Source: Candidatus Bathyarchaeota archaeon
GTDB lineage: Archaea > Thermoproteota > Bathyarchaeia > Bathyarchaeales > Bathycorpusculaceae
DNA length: 64,000 nt
Direction of reading: 5' to 3'
Assembly (NCBI GenBank): GCA_963767735.1
Contig: CAVYES010000004.1
Coordinates: 32,001-96,000, forward strand
Part shown: positions 38,657 to 48,924 of the stretch, piece after piece
Numbering within the stretch: the first letter of the stretch is position 1
How the letters are laid out: each line of letters begins with the position of its first letter
Translations under genes and position numbers: made by a program
Notes under the pieces: generated by a model
The model's database searches: none
Seen by the model: the letters and a program-made list of their open reading frames with translations, nothing else
What the model was told of the DNA's origin: nothing

Positions 38657-39541
38657 ATGAAGAAGTATAAAATCTTGGTAGTTACGTTGTTAGCCATAAT
38701 GTGTTTTGGCTTGGTTTCGATTCCAAATTCCTTTAGTCAAGTGGGTCAAGTAAATACTAACATCAAAGTTTTGAGTTACAGCTGGTACGTTAATACAGCG
38801 GGTGATTTAATTGTGGTGGGCGAAGTGCAGAACACAGGCACCTCCATTTTATCATTAGTGTCTTTAACTGCAGCGGTTTACGGGTCAGGCAGTACCGAAT
38901 TAGTGAGTGCCACTGGTATGCCATACGTGAGTGATCTTCTTCAGCAGCAAAAAGCGCCCTTTTACATTGACTGTGGCAACCCTGGCGCCGGCGCCGGCTT
39001 AACCTCATCAAGCGTTAGCAACGTTGAATTTACCATCACTAATGCGCCTACAACTCAAAGCCAACAGTATCAGGGCCTACAAATAGATAATACCTCTAAC
39101 GAGACTTTAGCGGGCGCTTACATCGTTACGGGATTAGTGTATAACTTTGATAATCAAACGGCGAAGGGAATCAATGTGGTTGGGACGTTCTATAACCGTG
39201 CGGGTACGGTAGTTGCGGTTGGGTTCGTAAAATCGAGCGTTGCTTTAATTCCAGGCAACCAAACGGTCTTCTCGGTCAGTGAATTCGATCCGACAACTAG
39301 CCTCGTGTCTCAAATTTCAAACTATTCCCTTCTGATTCAGACTTCCACTCTTCAGAATAATGCACTCTCCACTTCGTCATCCTCATCTTCCTCGTCATCT
39401 TCGGGTTCGTCAGAGTTGACTTACATTGTTGTTGGCGTAGTAGTGATTGTTGTGGTTGCCGCTACTGCTTTGATTTTTCTAAGGAAACGTCGCAATCTGC
39501 CTCCACCTCCGCTTCCCCCACCGCCTCCTCTTGCATCCTGA
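38657..39541 (+). CDS. Surface protein with two FxLYD-like Ig domains, Ser linker, TM anchor and polyproline tail
   Basis: Signal peptide MKKYK; VVGEVQNTG, VTGLVYN, GTFYN; RKRRNLPPPPLPPPPP. Confidence 0.8.
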   Translation: MKKYKILVVTLLAIMCFGLVSIPNSFSQVGQVNTNIKVLSYSWYVNTAGDLIVVGEVQNTGTSILSLVSLTAAVYGSGSTELVSATGMPYVSDLLQQQKAPFYIDCGNPGAGAGLTSSSVSNVEFTITNAPTTQSQQYQGLQIDNTSNETLAGAYIVTGLVYNFDNQTAKGINVVGTFYNRAGTVVAVGFVKSSVALIPGNQTVFSVSEFDPTTSLVSQISNYSLLIQTSTLQNNALSTSSSSSSSSSSGSSELTYIVVGVVVIVVVAATALIFLRKRRNLPPPPLPPPPPLAS

Positions 39542-39747
39542 TTACAGGAAGAACTCGACCCTTTGGCTATTCGACGTGATTCCCCAGTGTACTTCTAGTT
39601 AATCTTTTCTTGGGGAATTGAAAATGCGGAGGCCCTAAAACCTTTTTCAATTGATACTTCTTTAGCACAAGGCTATCGAATGAGTGGACATTTATACAAT
39701 CTACGAAAAAAGTGCGGGAAGAATAAAAACTGATCTGGGGATGTTGC

Positions 39748-40155
39748 CTAAAGTGTAACGGGTTTAAAGCAGTATCTTGTCCACTGTGGCCACTGTTGCG
39801 TTGTGCTGCATGAGCCGAAGTCTAATGTTAATTCCATCCCTATCTTAAGCTGATCTTGGTTTACGCCATGTATCATGCCGGGAATTTTCAAGGCGTTTTC
39901 TAGTTGCACAATTCCTACGGCGTAGGGCGTTAGGGCTTGGAACTGCTGTGGCGCAATGTTGATGATTGTGTAAGTGAGCAGTTTGCCCCTTCCAGAAACG
40001 TTGACCCACTCGAACTCTTGCGAGAAGCAGTTGTCGCATAAGGGTCTGGGGGGCAAATGGATTTTTCCGCATTTGAGGCATTTTCCGGCCATGAGTTTCT
40101 GCTGCTTAAGGAATTTGTAGAACTGCTCGATTGTGAACGGTTCTTTTACGCTCAT
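39748..40155 (-). CDS. DUF35 Zn-ribbon/OB-fold protein (thiolase partner)
   Basis: KCLKCG..PPR..CDNC, GKLLTYT, PYAVGIVQL. Confidence 0.92.
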   Translation of the reverse strand: MSVKEPFTIEQFYKFLKQQKLMAGKCLKCGKIHLPPRPLCDNCFSQEFEWVNVSGRGKLLTYTIINIAPQQFQALTPYAVGIVQLENALKIPGMIHGVNQDQLKIGMELTLDFGSCSTTQQWPQWTRYCFKPVTL

Positions 40156-41336
40156 TACTGGTTGCTCCTGTAGATGTGAACTGCCGCTGTAGCGCCTGAC
40201 CCGCCAACATTATGAGTTAAACCTACTTGCGCGTCTTTCACCTGACGTTTTCCAGCTTGCCCTGTGAGTTGCAGGTACATTTCGTAGGCTTGCGCTGTGC
40301 CTGTAGCGCCGACAGGGTGACCTTTAGCTTTTAAGCCGCCGCTCGTGTTGACTGGAACGCGTCCGCCAAGGCGGGTTTCGCCGCTTTCCATCAGCTTCCC
40401 CCCTTTACCTGCAGGGCAGAAATCTAAGTCTTCGTAAGCCATTAACTCAGCAAATGTGAAGCAATCATGAACTTCCGCCAGGTCCATATCTTGCGGTTTT
40501 GCGTTTGCCATTTCATAAGCCATTTTAGCCGCTAGCCGGGTCGCGTTTAGCGATGTGAGGCTTTTGCGTTCGTATAAGCCGATGGTGTCGCTTGCTTGTC
40601 CGCTGCCGATTATGTGTACGGGCATATCGGTGTATCTGCTGGCGAATTCTGGTTTAGTTAAGATTATGCAACTTGCACCATCAGTTATTAGTGAGCAATC
40701 GCAGAGTTTAAGGGGCCAAGCCACAGGGCGCGACGCCATGACAGCTTCAAGACTGATTTCCTTTTGCATATGAGCTTTAGGATTTAGGCTTCCATGATAA
40801 TGGTTCTTGACTGCGACTAAAGCCATCTGCTCCTGCGTTGTGCCATACCGGTGCATGTGAGCGGTCGCCATCATCGCAAATAAGCCCGGAAAAGTGATGC
40901 CGTGCCACTGCTCAAACGGGTAATCCGAAGCCATAGCCAAATACTCAGTAACCTCAACCGTTGTGCGATGCGTCATTTTCTCAACCCCGCCCACCAAAAC
41001 CACATCCGCAAGACCGGACATCACAGCGTAAATTCCCGTTCTCAACGCAGCGCCTGAAGAAGCACACGCCGCCTCAGTCCTGGTGGCTGGAATACCTGTG
41101 AGCCCTGCCCAATCCGCAGCGGCTGGCCCCATGTGCCCCTGATGCTCATAGGCTTCACCCATGTGCCCGATGAACATCGCTTTGATGTCGTTTTTCGGGT
41201 CAAGTTTAGGGCAGCGGCTGAACGCTTCTTTTGCGGCTTCGGAAAAAATTTCTCTTGCAAGTAAACCATCATGCTTGCCGAATTTGGACATGCCGGCACT
41301 GATTATGCTGACGAGCGGTTTCCCATTCAAACCCAA
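40155..41336 (-). CDS. Thiolase (acetyl-CoA acyltransferase, archaeal/SCP-x type)
   Basis: EAACASSG, GVEKM, EVHDCF, GGLKAKGHPVGATG, HNVGG. Confidence 0.94.
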   Translation of the reverse strand: MGLNGKPLVSIISAGMSKFGKHDGLLAREIFSEAAKEAFSRCPKLDPKNDIKAMFIGHMGEAYEHQGHMGPAAADWAGLTGIPATRTEAACASSGAALRTGIYAVMSGLADVVLVGGVEKMTHRTTVEVTEYLAMASDYPFEQWHGITFPGLFAMMATAHMHRYGTTQEQMALVAVKNHYHGSLNPKAHMQKEISLEAVMASRPVAWPLKLCDCSLITDGASCIILTKPEFASRYTDMPVHIIGSGQASDTIGLYERKSLTSLNATRLAAKMAYEMANAKPQDMDLAEVHDCFTFAELMAYEDLDFCPAGKGGKLMESGETRLGGRVPVNTSGGLKAKGHPVGATGTAQAYEMYLQLTGQAGKRQVKDAQVGLTHNVGGSGATAAVHIYRSNQ

Positions 41337-41391
41337 AGTTCCCTCTCTGATGCCAATACACTGATGCTAAACCAGTTTAAAAACTATACAA

Positions 41392-42369
41392 CTAAAACCC
41401 AGCAATATAGATTCGTAGAGCTAAAACCGGCAAAACCACCACTAAACCAAACAGAACGGCGGTAAGTGTCATCACACGCAGTGACCTTGGGATGTGTTCT
41501 GGCGAGATGCCGTGGTCGTCGCCTAAAGCGTAGTAGCCTTGCTTTTCCAGTTGAGTGTCCAGTGCGCCGGCCATGGCTGAAATTGTCCAACCTGCATTTA
41601 CGCTCGCAGTTTTTCCTTTGTCTCTTTGCAGAATGAGCCATGATTCCCGCCAATTTTCCCTTAAAAGGAAGGAGGCAACAACCATTAGGTACGCTGTCAA
41701 TCTAGCGGGGATATAGTTCGTTATTGTGTCCAAGTTAGCTGAGAACCATCCAATGTTCTTGTTTTCCTCGTTTTTGTAGCCAACCATGGAATCTAGCGTG
41801 TTGATTACTCGGTATGCGAATGCGCCTGGGACGCCGAAGAGGGCGAAGAAGAAGAATGGCGCAGTTATCCCATCGGTTGTGCTTTCCGCGATGGATTCCA
41901 CGGCTGCAGAAGTAATCTGCTTTTCATTAAGCGTATTTGGGTCTCGGCGAACAATGTAGGGCAGCCATTTGCGTGCTTCACCCAAATCTTTTTTCTTCAG
42001 CGCCTCTGCGATGGGTTTGGTGTATTGGCCCATGCCTTTAACCGCGAAAGTTGCCTTAAACAGTATTGCGCCCACAATAATGTAGGCTATTTGACCGTAG
42101 AATCCGAAGGATTGCCTCAGCCAGAAAAGCAGCAGAAACACTGGAACCGAAACAATCAGCATAACGCTTAAGGCTAATAGGACGCCGTTTGCCTTCTCGA
42201 TTTTGGGGTTTGGGTTTTTCAGTTTTGGTTTTAGGTATGCGATTATTTTGCCTATTCCTATGGTTGGGTGAATCCTGTCCGGGTACTCGCCTAGGATTGC
42301 GTCAATTAAGAAAGCTAAAATGAAGATGAACGCGGAATCGATAAAGAAAGAGAGTTCAAAAGAAAACAT
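41392..42369 (-). CDS. cbiB: Adenosylcobinamide-phosphate synthase
   Basis: GEYP..IHP, ESIAESTTDG, YRVINTLDSMVGY, NYIPARL, NAGW. Confidence 0.93.
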   Translation of the reverse strand: MFSFELSFFIDSAFIFILAFLIDAILGEYPDRIHPTIGIGKIIAYLKPKLKNPNPKIEKANGVLLALSVMLIVSVPVFLLLFWLRQSFGFYGQIAYIIVGAILFKATFAVKGMGQYTKPIAEALKKKDLGEARKWLPYIVRRDPNTLNEKQITSAAVESIAESTTDGITAPFFFFALFGVPGAFAYRVINTLDSMVGYKNEENKNIGWFSANLDTITNYIPARLTAYLMVVASFLLRENWRESWLILQRDKGKTASVNAGWTISAMAGALDTQLEKQGYYALGDDHGISPEHIPRSLRVMTLTAVLFGLVVVLPVLALRIYIAGF

Positions 42370-42396
42370 GGCTCACTACTCAAACCTTGGTCTTTT

Positions 42397-43527
42397 CTAA
42401 TTTTTCACTGTCCGCTTCAATGCTTCAATCAACCGCTCATTCTCCAAGCGGGTTTTAACGGCTACACGAATGTAGTATTGGTCAAGTCCTCTAAAAGAGG
42501 TGCAGTCCCTAATCAAAATGCCCTGCTGCAACAGTTTATTCTTGAGCTCAGTTGCTGTTAAGCCAGATTTACGAATGTCAATAAAGAAAAAGTTTGCGTC
42601 AGCATGGAAAATCTTGAACGATTTAATTTCCGCTAATTCGGCTAAGAGTTGTGTTTTCTCTTTTTTGATAAGTTCTCGCGTCACCCTCAGATGCTCTTGG
42701 TCTTTCAATGCGGCAACAGCGGCGGCTTGCGCTAAACAGTTAACGTTCCACGGAATCTTCGCGCATAATAACACATTGATGATTTCTTCAGAAGCAATTC
42801 CATAGCCAACCCTTAAACCAGTTAACCCGAAAATTTTCGTAAAAGACCTTAAAATAAACAGGTTGGGGTAGTTCTTTATTTTGTTTATCATTGTTAGGGC
42901 TTTTTCGTTTTCTACGAACTCCAAAAAATCTTCATCGAGAAAAACCAGAGTATCCTGCTTCAAAGCCCGCTTAATTATTCCTGTTAAGGATTCGTTTGGA
43001 ATAAGAATGCTGGTTGGATTATTGGGGTTGCATAAGAAAATAATCTTTGCGCCAGCCATTTCCTGCTCAAAAAAGCCCGCGTCAATGTTGAGATTGCTGT
43101 CGAGCCTCACGAATTTTGGTGTTACGCCAGTCCTTCTAACTGCACTCTCATATTCCCCAAATGTCGGTGCAGGAATAATGGCGGTGTCGCCTTTTTTGAG
43201 GAAAGCCTCAGCGAACAAGTACATAAGTTCGGTTGAGCCATTGCCAACAACAATATTGTTTTTGTTTAATTTGGTAAAGTTACTGGCAATAGCTTGCCGT
43301 AACTCGTTAGAATTTGAGTCTGGATAGGCAGGAATTTCTTTAAAGCTGTTTTTTGCTGCTTCAAGCGCCTTTTTTGAAGGCCCTAAAGGGTTTACGCTTG
43401 AGCTGAAATCTAAAATTTCTTCCCGTGTAAGCCCGCTTTTGTCTGCAGCATCCAAAACCTCTCCGCCATGAACGCATGCCTTCAGATTCTTTATGTTATC
43501 ATTCACCAAGTTTTCTACGGGCTTCGT
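42397..43527 (-). CDS. cobD: L-threonine-O-3-phosphate decarboxylase (PLP, HisC-like); start TTG 43509 or ACG 43527
   Basis: HGG, DFSSSVNPLG, GNGSTE, CNPNNPT, RSFTKIFGLTGLRVGY; adjacent to cbiB. Confidence 0.88.
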   Translation of the reverse strand, partial: TKPVENLVNDNIKNLKACVHGGEVLDAADKSGLTREEILDFSSSVNPLGPSKKALEAAKNSFKEIPAYPDSNSNELRQAIASNFTKLNKNNIVVGNGSTELMYLFAEAFLKKGDTAIIPAPTFGEYESAVRRTGVTPKFVRLDSNLNIDAGFFEQEMAGAKIIFLCNPNNPTSILIPNESLTGIIKRALKQDTLVFLDEDFLEFVENEKALTMINKIKNYPNLFILRSFTKIFGLTGLRVGYGIASEEIINVLLCAKIPWNVNCLAQAAAVAALKDQEHLRVTRELIKKEKTQLLAELAEIKSFKIFHADANFFFIDIRKSGLTATELKNKLLQQGILIRDCTSFRGLDQYYIRVAVKTRLENERLIEALKRTVKN

Positions 43528-43664
43528 TTAGGTCACAATCCTTCAGCAACATGGCTGAATGCGTAGGTTTCTTTTTGACGTAAATGATATAAATGTTTGG
43601 TTGGATGTTCCATCCAAAAAACAGGAAAGAGTTTTGAGAAAGAACAACATAAATAATCTGTGAC

Positions 43665-43862
43665 ATGAAGGAAGATGCGATGAGCGATAAAACTGATAAA
43701 CATATGATTCAAGAGTTAAAGGAAAAGCTTAAAGAAAAAAAACCTGATGAACCCGTAGAAAAAACTCTTACGATATTCTGCGAGCGCACGGGAATATCCA
43801 TGGACACCTGCCGCCTTTACTATAAGCAGTTGGTTGAAAAGGGCGAGGTCAAGGAAAAATAA
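43665..43862 (+). CDS. Small hypothetical protein
   Basis: Charged 60-65 aa ORF filling the intergenic space upstream of dph5. Confidence 0.65.
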   Translation: MKEDAMSDKTDKHMIQELKEKLKEKKPDEPVEKTLTIFCERTGISMDTCRLYYKQLVEKGEVKEK

Positions 43863-43904
43863 CGTTTAATTCTCAACCCTTCAATTACTTACAAGGGCTC
43901 ACAT

Positions 43905-44702
43905 TTGAATGAACTTGTCTTCGTAGGCTTAGGGTTAAACGATGAAAAAGGGATAAGCATCAAGGGTTTAGAAGAAACCAAAACTGCAGATTACGTTTTC
44001 ATAGAACTCTACACTAGCCTCATGCCCGACTTCAACCTGCAACGTTTCGAGTCTTTGTGCGGCAAAAAAGTTCAGTTAGTTTCAAGACGGGAACTTGAAG
44101 AAGAAAACGGAGCCATCATTCTTGAAGCCGCCCAAAAAGGCAAAGTAGCCTTTCTTGTTCCAGGCGACCCATTCATCGCCACAACACATGTCACTTTGCG
44201 AATTGATGCAGAAAAGCATGGAGTAAAAACACGGATTATCCATGGGGCATCCATAATCTCCGCGATAATAAGCTTATCAGGATTGCATAATTACAAGTTT
44301 GGCAAAACAGTCACCGTTCCTTTCCCAGAAAATTTTTCTGAGACGCCTTACAATGTTATCTTTCAAAACAAGACGTTTGGTTTGCATACCTTGTGCCTTT
44401 TAGATTTGAAAGCGAACGAAAAGCAGTTTTTAAGTATTAACCAAGCCATTGCAATGCTGCTTGAGATCGAACAAAAAAACAAAAAAAGCGTAATCACCCC
44501 AGACACGGTTGCGGTTGGCATTGCACGGGCGGGAAGTAACAGTCCAGCCTTGAAAGCTGATTTCGTCAAAAACTTGGTAAATTATGACTTTGGCGAGCCG
44601 CCTTACAGTTTGATTTTTCCAGGTGCCCTACATTTTATGGAAACTGAATCTCTAATTGCTTTTGCTGGTGCACCAGCAGAGTTTCGGAGTCTTGCCAAAT
44701 GA
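43905..44702 (+). CDS. dph5: Diphthine synthase
   Basis: FVGLGL, ELYTS, GDPFIATTH, GLHNYKFGKTVT, LHTLCLLD. Confidence 0.96.
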   Translation: MNELVFVGLGLNDEKGISIKGLEETKTADYVFIELYTSLMPDFNLQRFESLCGKKVQLVSRRELEEENGAIILEAAQKGKVAFLVPGDPFIATTHVTLRIDAEKHGVKTRIIHGASIISAIISLSGLHNYKFGKTVTVPFPENFSETPYNVIFQNKTFGLHTLCLLDLKANEKQFLSINQAIAMLLEIEQKNKKSVITPDTVAVGIARAGSNSPALKADFVKNLVNYDFGEPPYSLIFPGALHFMETESLIAFAGAPAEFRSLAK

Positions 44703-44986
44703 GTCTTGAAGCGCTCACTTCAAAATATATTTCTTCGGCAGAAAAAGTCCTCAAAGAACTGCAACAAACAAAAGTGCCCATCAGCGTGACCGAAGAATCT
44801 GTGGGTAATATTTTGGGTTGGGCTTCGGATTACTTGAAGGACGCAAAGTATTATAAGGCTCAAGGGAAGTTTGAAACGAGCCTAACTTCGGTAGCTTACT
44901 GCGAAGGGCTCCTTGACGCTTTAAGATTATTAGGCGCTGTGAAATTCGAATGGCCAACAAACCAAGAAAGAAGAAAGTCGTCTTAG
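44699..44986 (+). CDS. DUF357 protein
   Basis: YLKDAKYY...VAYCEGLLDALRLLG; usual dph5 neighbour. Confidence 0.88.
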   Translation: MSLEALTSKYISSAEKVLKELQQTKVPISVTEESVGNILGWASDYLKDAKYYKAQGKFETSLTSVAYCEGLLDALRLLGAVKFEWPTNQERRKSS

Positions 44987-45429
44987 CCTCGGGCATTTTC
45001 GACCTGCTTCATTTAGGTCACGTTAAATTTTTGGAGGATGCTAAAAAAGCAGGCGGAGAAAACGCTAAACTAGTAGTTATCGTTGCAAGAGACAGCACGG
45101 TAGAGAAGACTAAGGGTAGAAAACCCATAATGCCTGAGGATCAACGCCTTGCGCTGGTTAAATCGTTGAGGGTGGTTGATGAAGCATTGCTGGGCTATGA
45201 ACACCTTGATATCGGTGAATTTATTGAGAAAGTTAAGCCCGATGTGATAGCTTTAGGATACGACCAAGATAAAATGGAAAAAAGAGTGTCCCAATACGTG
45301 AAAGAACATAATTTAGACGTACAGATTGTTCGGGTAGCCAAATTCGAAGCAGATGAACTGGGCTCTTCGTCACAGATACGCGAGAAAGTCGTTGAAAACT
45401 GGCGAAAACGAAGAAGCGATCATGACTAA
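44950..45429 (+). CDS. ribL: Archaeal FAD synthase (cytidyltransferase family)
   Basis: GIFDLLHLGH, VARD, PDVIALGYDQ, SSS. Confidence 0.85.
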   Translation: MANKPRKKKVVLASGIFDLLHLGHVKFLEDAKKAGGENAKLVVIVARDSTVEKTKGRKPIMPEDQRLALVKSLRVVDEALLGYEHLDIGEFIEKVKPDVIALGYDQDKMEKRVSQYVKEHNLDVQIVRVAKFEADELGSSSQIREKVVENWRKRRSDHD

Positions 45430-45576
45430 AAATAGAACCGCGCGAATTACTGGATAAGGAACAATGAGAACGTTGAAATTGTTGAATCGGCAAGTTTGAA
45501 GGGTATAGTTTAGATAGTTCATCAAAGATTAAACAGAAAATAATTGATAAACTGAAGGTTAAATCGGTCTGGCATC

Positions 45577-46185
45577 ATGAATTCCGTGAAGTATAAGCCC
45601 ACGTACATTCTAATCGCAATAAACGTCGCTGTCTACATTTACACCTCTATAGTCGGCGGAAATTGGCTGAACACAAACTACAATATTATGCTCCAGTACG
45701 GCCAATATAACTTTCTTGTGTTCCATGGTTGGTATTACCAGCTTTTCACATCCATGTTTATCCATGCCTCAATAGCGCACATCGGCGGCAACATGCTTTT
45801 TCTGTTCGTTTTCGGTTTAAGGGCGGAAGAAATGTTTTCTTTGCCCGAGTACCTTGGAATCTATCTTGTCGGAGGCTTAGCGGGAAACGTTGTTTCCTTA
45901 GCGTTTGGACCGAACCTTTTATCGGTTGGAGCTTCGGGCGCCATCTTTTCATTGTTTGGGGCAGTTGTGATTTATAATAGGCGCTCTGTTAGGCAATCAA
46001 TCTTTGGCGCATTGGTTTACGCGTTTTTTCTGCTGCTTTTAAGCGGATTGGGGCCAGGCGTGAATGATTTGGCTCATATAGGCGGGTTAGGTTTTGGTTT
46101 GCTAATAGGTTACTTTTTAGGCACAATGCGTAAGCCGCAGGAGCAGTATTCAGTTAAGTACAAACACCCCATTTCACCGTTTTAA
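45577..46185 (+). CDS. Rhomboid intramembrane serine protease
   Basis: SMFIH..HIGGNM, GASG, AHIGG. Confidence 0.92.
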   Translation: MNSVKYKPTYILIAINVAVYIYTSIVGGNWLNTNYNIMLQYGQYNFLVFHGWYYQLFTSMFIHASIAHIGGNMLFLFVFGLRAEEMFSLPEYLGIYLVGGLAGNVVSLAFGPNLLSVGASGAIFSLFGAVVIYNRRSVRQSIFGALVYAFFLLLLSGLGPGVNDLAHIGGLGFGLLIGYFLGTMRKPQEQYSVKYKHPISPF

Positions 46186-46187
46186 GC

Positions 46188-46877
46188 CTAGGGCATAATG
46201 TAAATTTCCGCTTTCACTTTGTTGCCGTCTTTGACGTTTAGCTGTTTTCTGAGGCATACCGGAGCGATTATTTCCAGCACTGAAACATCATAGTGGCTTC
46301 GCAACGCCGTTATCAGCGCACCTTTGACTTTGTTATCGATGATTGCAGGGTAACATTTCACTAAGCCGAAGGTCCGATCTTCGTTCTTGAAGCCTGTGAT
46401 CTCGATTGCTGGGTACGCTTCGATTTCCATGCGAGTTTTAATGTCGTAGTCACTTGATAATTTAAGGTTAAGCGTGCCAGGATAGGGCTCAAATCCCAGT
46501 TTTTCAGTAAACTGTTTACGATAAGCCTCTTTAGCGATGTAATAAGCGCCTTCACCTAACCCCGTGAAAACGGTTCCTTCCAAAGTTACCGAAGGAGGAT
46601 ACGATTTCTCAACCAAAAACTTCAAGTTAGAATAAAGTTTATGCAGCTCTTTAATTCCAGCCTCATCAATTTTAATTAAGCTCCCCTCTGGAGTAACATT
46701 TCTCTGTATCCACCCCTTACGCTCAAGCTCAATTAGATAACGCGACGCGGTTTGCTGGGAAATCCCAAGTTTGCCCGCTAAAAACTCGGTTGAAATCTTG
46801 GCGATTCGGCGGTAAGCGCCCATCTCCGCGAGCTTAAGAAGCATGTAAAGATGCTGCCAATCCTGCTTTTCAGTCAA
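46188..46877 (-). CDS. ribK: CTP-dependent riboflavin kinase with N-terminal HTH (RbkR-type)
   Basis: GISQQTASR; TGLGEGAYY, PYPGTLN, LEIIAPVCLR. Confidence 0.93.
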   Translation of the reverse strand: MTEKQDWQHLYMLLKLAEMGAYRRIAKISTEFLAGKLGISQQTASRYLIELERKGWIQRNVTPEGSLIKIDEAGIKELHKLYSNLKFLVEKSYPPSVTLEGTVFTGLGEGAYYIAKEAYRKQFTEKLGFEPYPGTLNLKLSSDYDIKTRMEIEAYPAIEITGFKNEDRTFGLVKCYPAIIDNKVKGALITALRSHYDVSVLEIIAPVCLRKQLNVKDGNKVKAEIYIMP

Positions 46878-47417
46878 AGCTTAATCTCCAATAAATTAGA
46901 CAATAAATACTGGATATTTAAGGGGCTCGAAACCTTAAAGGAAAGCAAAGTAACTCTATGCCCATTTGTATGCTTTTTACGTGTCAAAGTAGGGTGTAAA
47001 TAGCAGGAGGAGGCTCCATATTTTGTGGTTGAATTTTATCACAAAAATTAGGGTACCCTATAGTTAGCAGCGTTTGTGCGCTCTCACAAGCCTACCCCAG
47101 TCTAACAGATGCTTCTATTGTAGATGTGTGAAAATTCGACGGTCTGATTTTTTTTAAGAGAAGAAGAAGCCTCAGAAAACCGTTTTTCTTCTTCCAAAAA
47201 ATTCAGGCGGTAAACACGTGAAATTGATTGTTCCAATTTAGCAATTCAGCCTAAGAGCGCTTATTCATAGTTTACACAATTATTAGAGAAAGAAAGGCAA
47301 AAAAGCGCAATGAACAATTAGTCCAGAAACCTTGACTAAATCCATTCAAGAAACTTTTACAAATAGCCTTTTATCGCCTTAAAGTATAAACAATTTATTA
47401 GTGAAAGATGAGGCAGT

Positions 47418-48899
47418 ACGAAAAAGCATTTAGCCCTTCTAATTGTTCTTCTCTTCCTAACATCTTTAGTCATGCTTCCAAATGCAACCGTAAAGGCACA
47501 GTCCAAAACCATCATTGTTCCCGACGATTACCTCAGCATAGCCGCGGCTATAGGTAACGCTACAAATGGCGACACGGTACTTGTCAGAAGTGGCACCTAT
47601 CTTGAACACTCTTTAGTAATTAACAAAACTATTTCTCTAATAGGCCAAAATGCTGACAACACGATAATTGAAGACATTGACCCTAACGTTCCAATAAATA
47701 TCCCAGGCATGAATCCCCCGTTTACCATGATGTCTCTACCAATTCCAGTAACAATTTCTGCCAATAATGTTGTCATCTCAGGCTTTACAATCACTAATAT
47801 CAACAGTAACACTACTGTAGACATATACTCTAGCGGCTCAAAAACACTAATAACAGGAAATAACTGTCCAGACGGTATAAAACTGGAAATTGGGTCATAC
47901 CAAACCGCAGCTCAGAATAATGCATCGGTAATAAATTGTGTTAGTCCCTACTGTTTTATCGCCAACAATACACTGGCAGGTGAAGTAGCAGGTAATGGAG
48001 GTATAGGTGTAGGCGCGAGTGGGCTTAGCGTCGCGGATAATAGCGTAGCATATGGAAATGTCATTTTAAACGAGGACTTCGGTATTGATGTCTATAATTG
48101 TCAAGGCGTTTTTGTTGTGGAGAATTATGCAGTCGATAGTCATGGTGCAATCGCAATGAGTAATTGTGGCAATAACGTAATTGAAGGGAACACCGTTACT
48201 AACAGTTTCATTGGACTTTCAGAAGCTATTAGCGCCTACGCACAAGTCAATGCTGGGAATGGTGGCAACAATACTTTTTACGCTAACAATATAGTGAACA
48301 ACTCCAACGCCGTTATACTGACAGGGATAGATGATACTCTCTACGGTAACAACTTCATTAATAACTCACAAGACACGGGGTCCTTTGGACCGCAACCAAA
48401 TGTGCCACTAAACCCAACCCCAGTCATCTTGTGGGACAACGGCACAATCGGCAACTACTGGAGCGACTACCTGACGAAATATCCCAATGCAACTGAAGTA
48501 GACAGTTCAGGAGTAGGCAACATCCCATATGCCATAGACGCAAACGATACAGACCCATACCCACTGATAGCGTCTTACGATACTTCCTCATTGCCAATTC
48601 AACTGCCTATTTGGGTAAACCTTTCTTTGGCAGCCCCCCTTCCAACTCCTTACTTCCCGCCTCCACACTCGTCATCTCCTTCAACCAGTCCAAGCCCAAG
48701 TTCTTCTACGTCTCCTTCGCCTACTGCATCGCTTTCTCCTTCTCCTTTGTTATCTCAGCAGCCTTTTTCAATCGTAACTGTTGCGGGTGTTTTAGCGGCA
48801 GTAGCGGTAGTTGTGGCAGGTGCCATTTTTTTGGTCTACTTCGCGAAGCACAAACGCATTCGCGCGCTGCCTTGTCCCGAAATAGGAAAAATGTTGTAA
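47418..48899 (+). CDS. NosD-type right-handed beta-helix surface protein with C-terminal TM anchor (start ACG 47418 or ATG 47472)
   Basis: IIVPDDY.SI..AI..ATNGDTVLVRSGTY, WDNGTIGNYWSDY, DPYPL, S/P/T linker, TM; in-frame signal peptide upstream of the ATG. Confidence 0.85.
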   Translation, partial: TKKHLALLIVLLFLTSLVMLPNATVKAQSKTIIVPDDYLSIAAAIGNATNGDTVLVRSGTYLEHSLVINKTISLIGQNADNTIIEDIDPNVPINIPGMNPPFTMMSLPIPVTISANNVVISGFTITNINSNTTVDIYSSGSKTLITGNNCPDGIKLEIGSYQTAAQNNASVINCVSPYCFIANNTLAGEVAGNGGIGVGASGLSVADNSVAYGNVILNEDFGIDVYNCQGVFVVENYAVDSHGAIAMSNCGNNVIEGNTVTNSFIGLSEAISAYAQVNAGNGGNNTFYANNIVNNSNAVILTGIDDTLYGNNFINNSQDTGSFGPQPNVPLNPTPVILWDNGTIGNYWSDYLTKYPNATEVDSSGVGNIPYAIDANDTDPYPLIASYDTSSLPIQLPIWVNLSLAAPLPTPYFPPPHSSSPSTSPSPSSSTSPSPTASLSPSPLLSQQPFSIVTVAGVLAAVAVVVAGAIFLVYFAKHKRIRALPCPEIGKML

Positions 48900-48924
48900 G
48901 ATACTGGAGGCTAAACCAATTCTT

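Noticed and set aside
43530-43660. Cobalamin riboswitch upstream of cobD-cbiB
   Set aside because: The region is too short and has no B12-box-like motif
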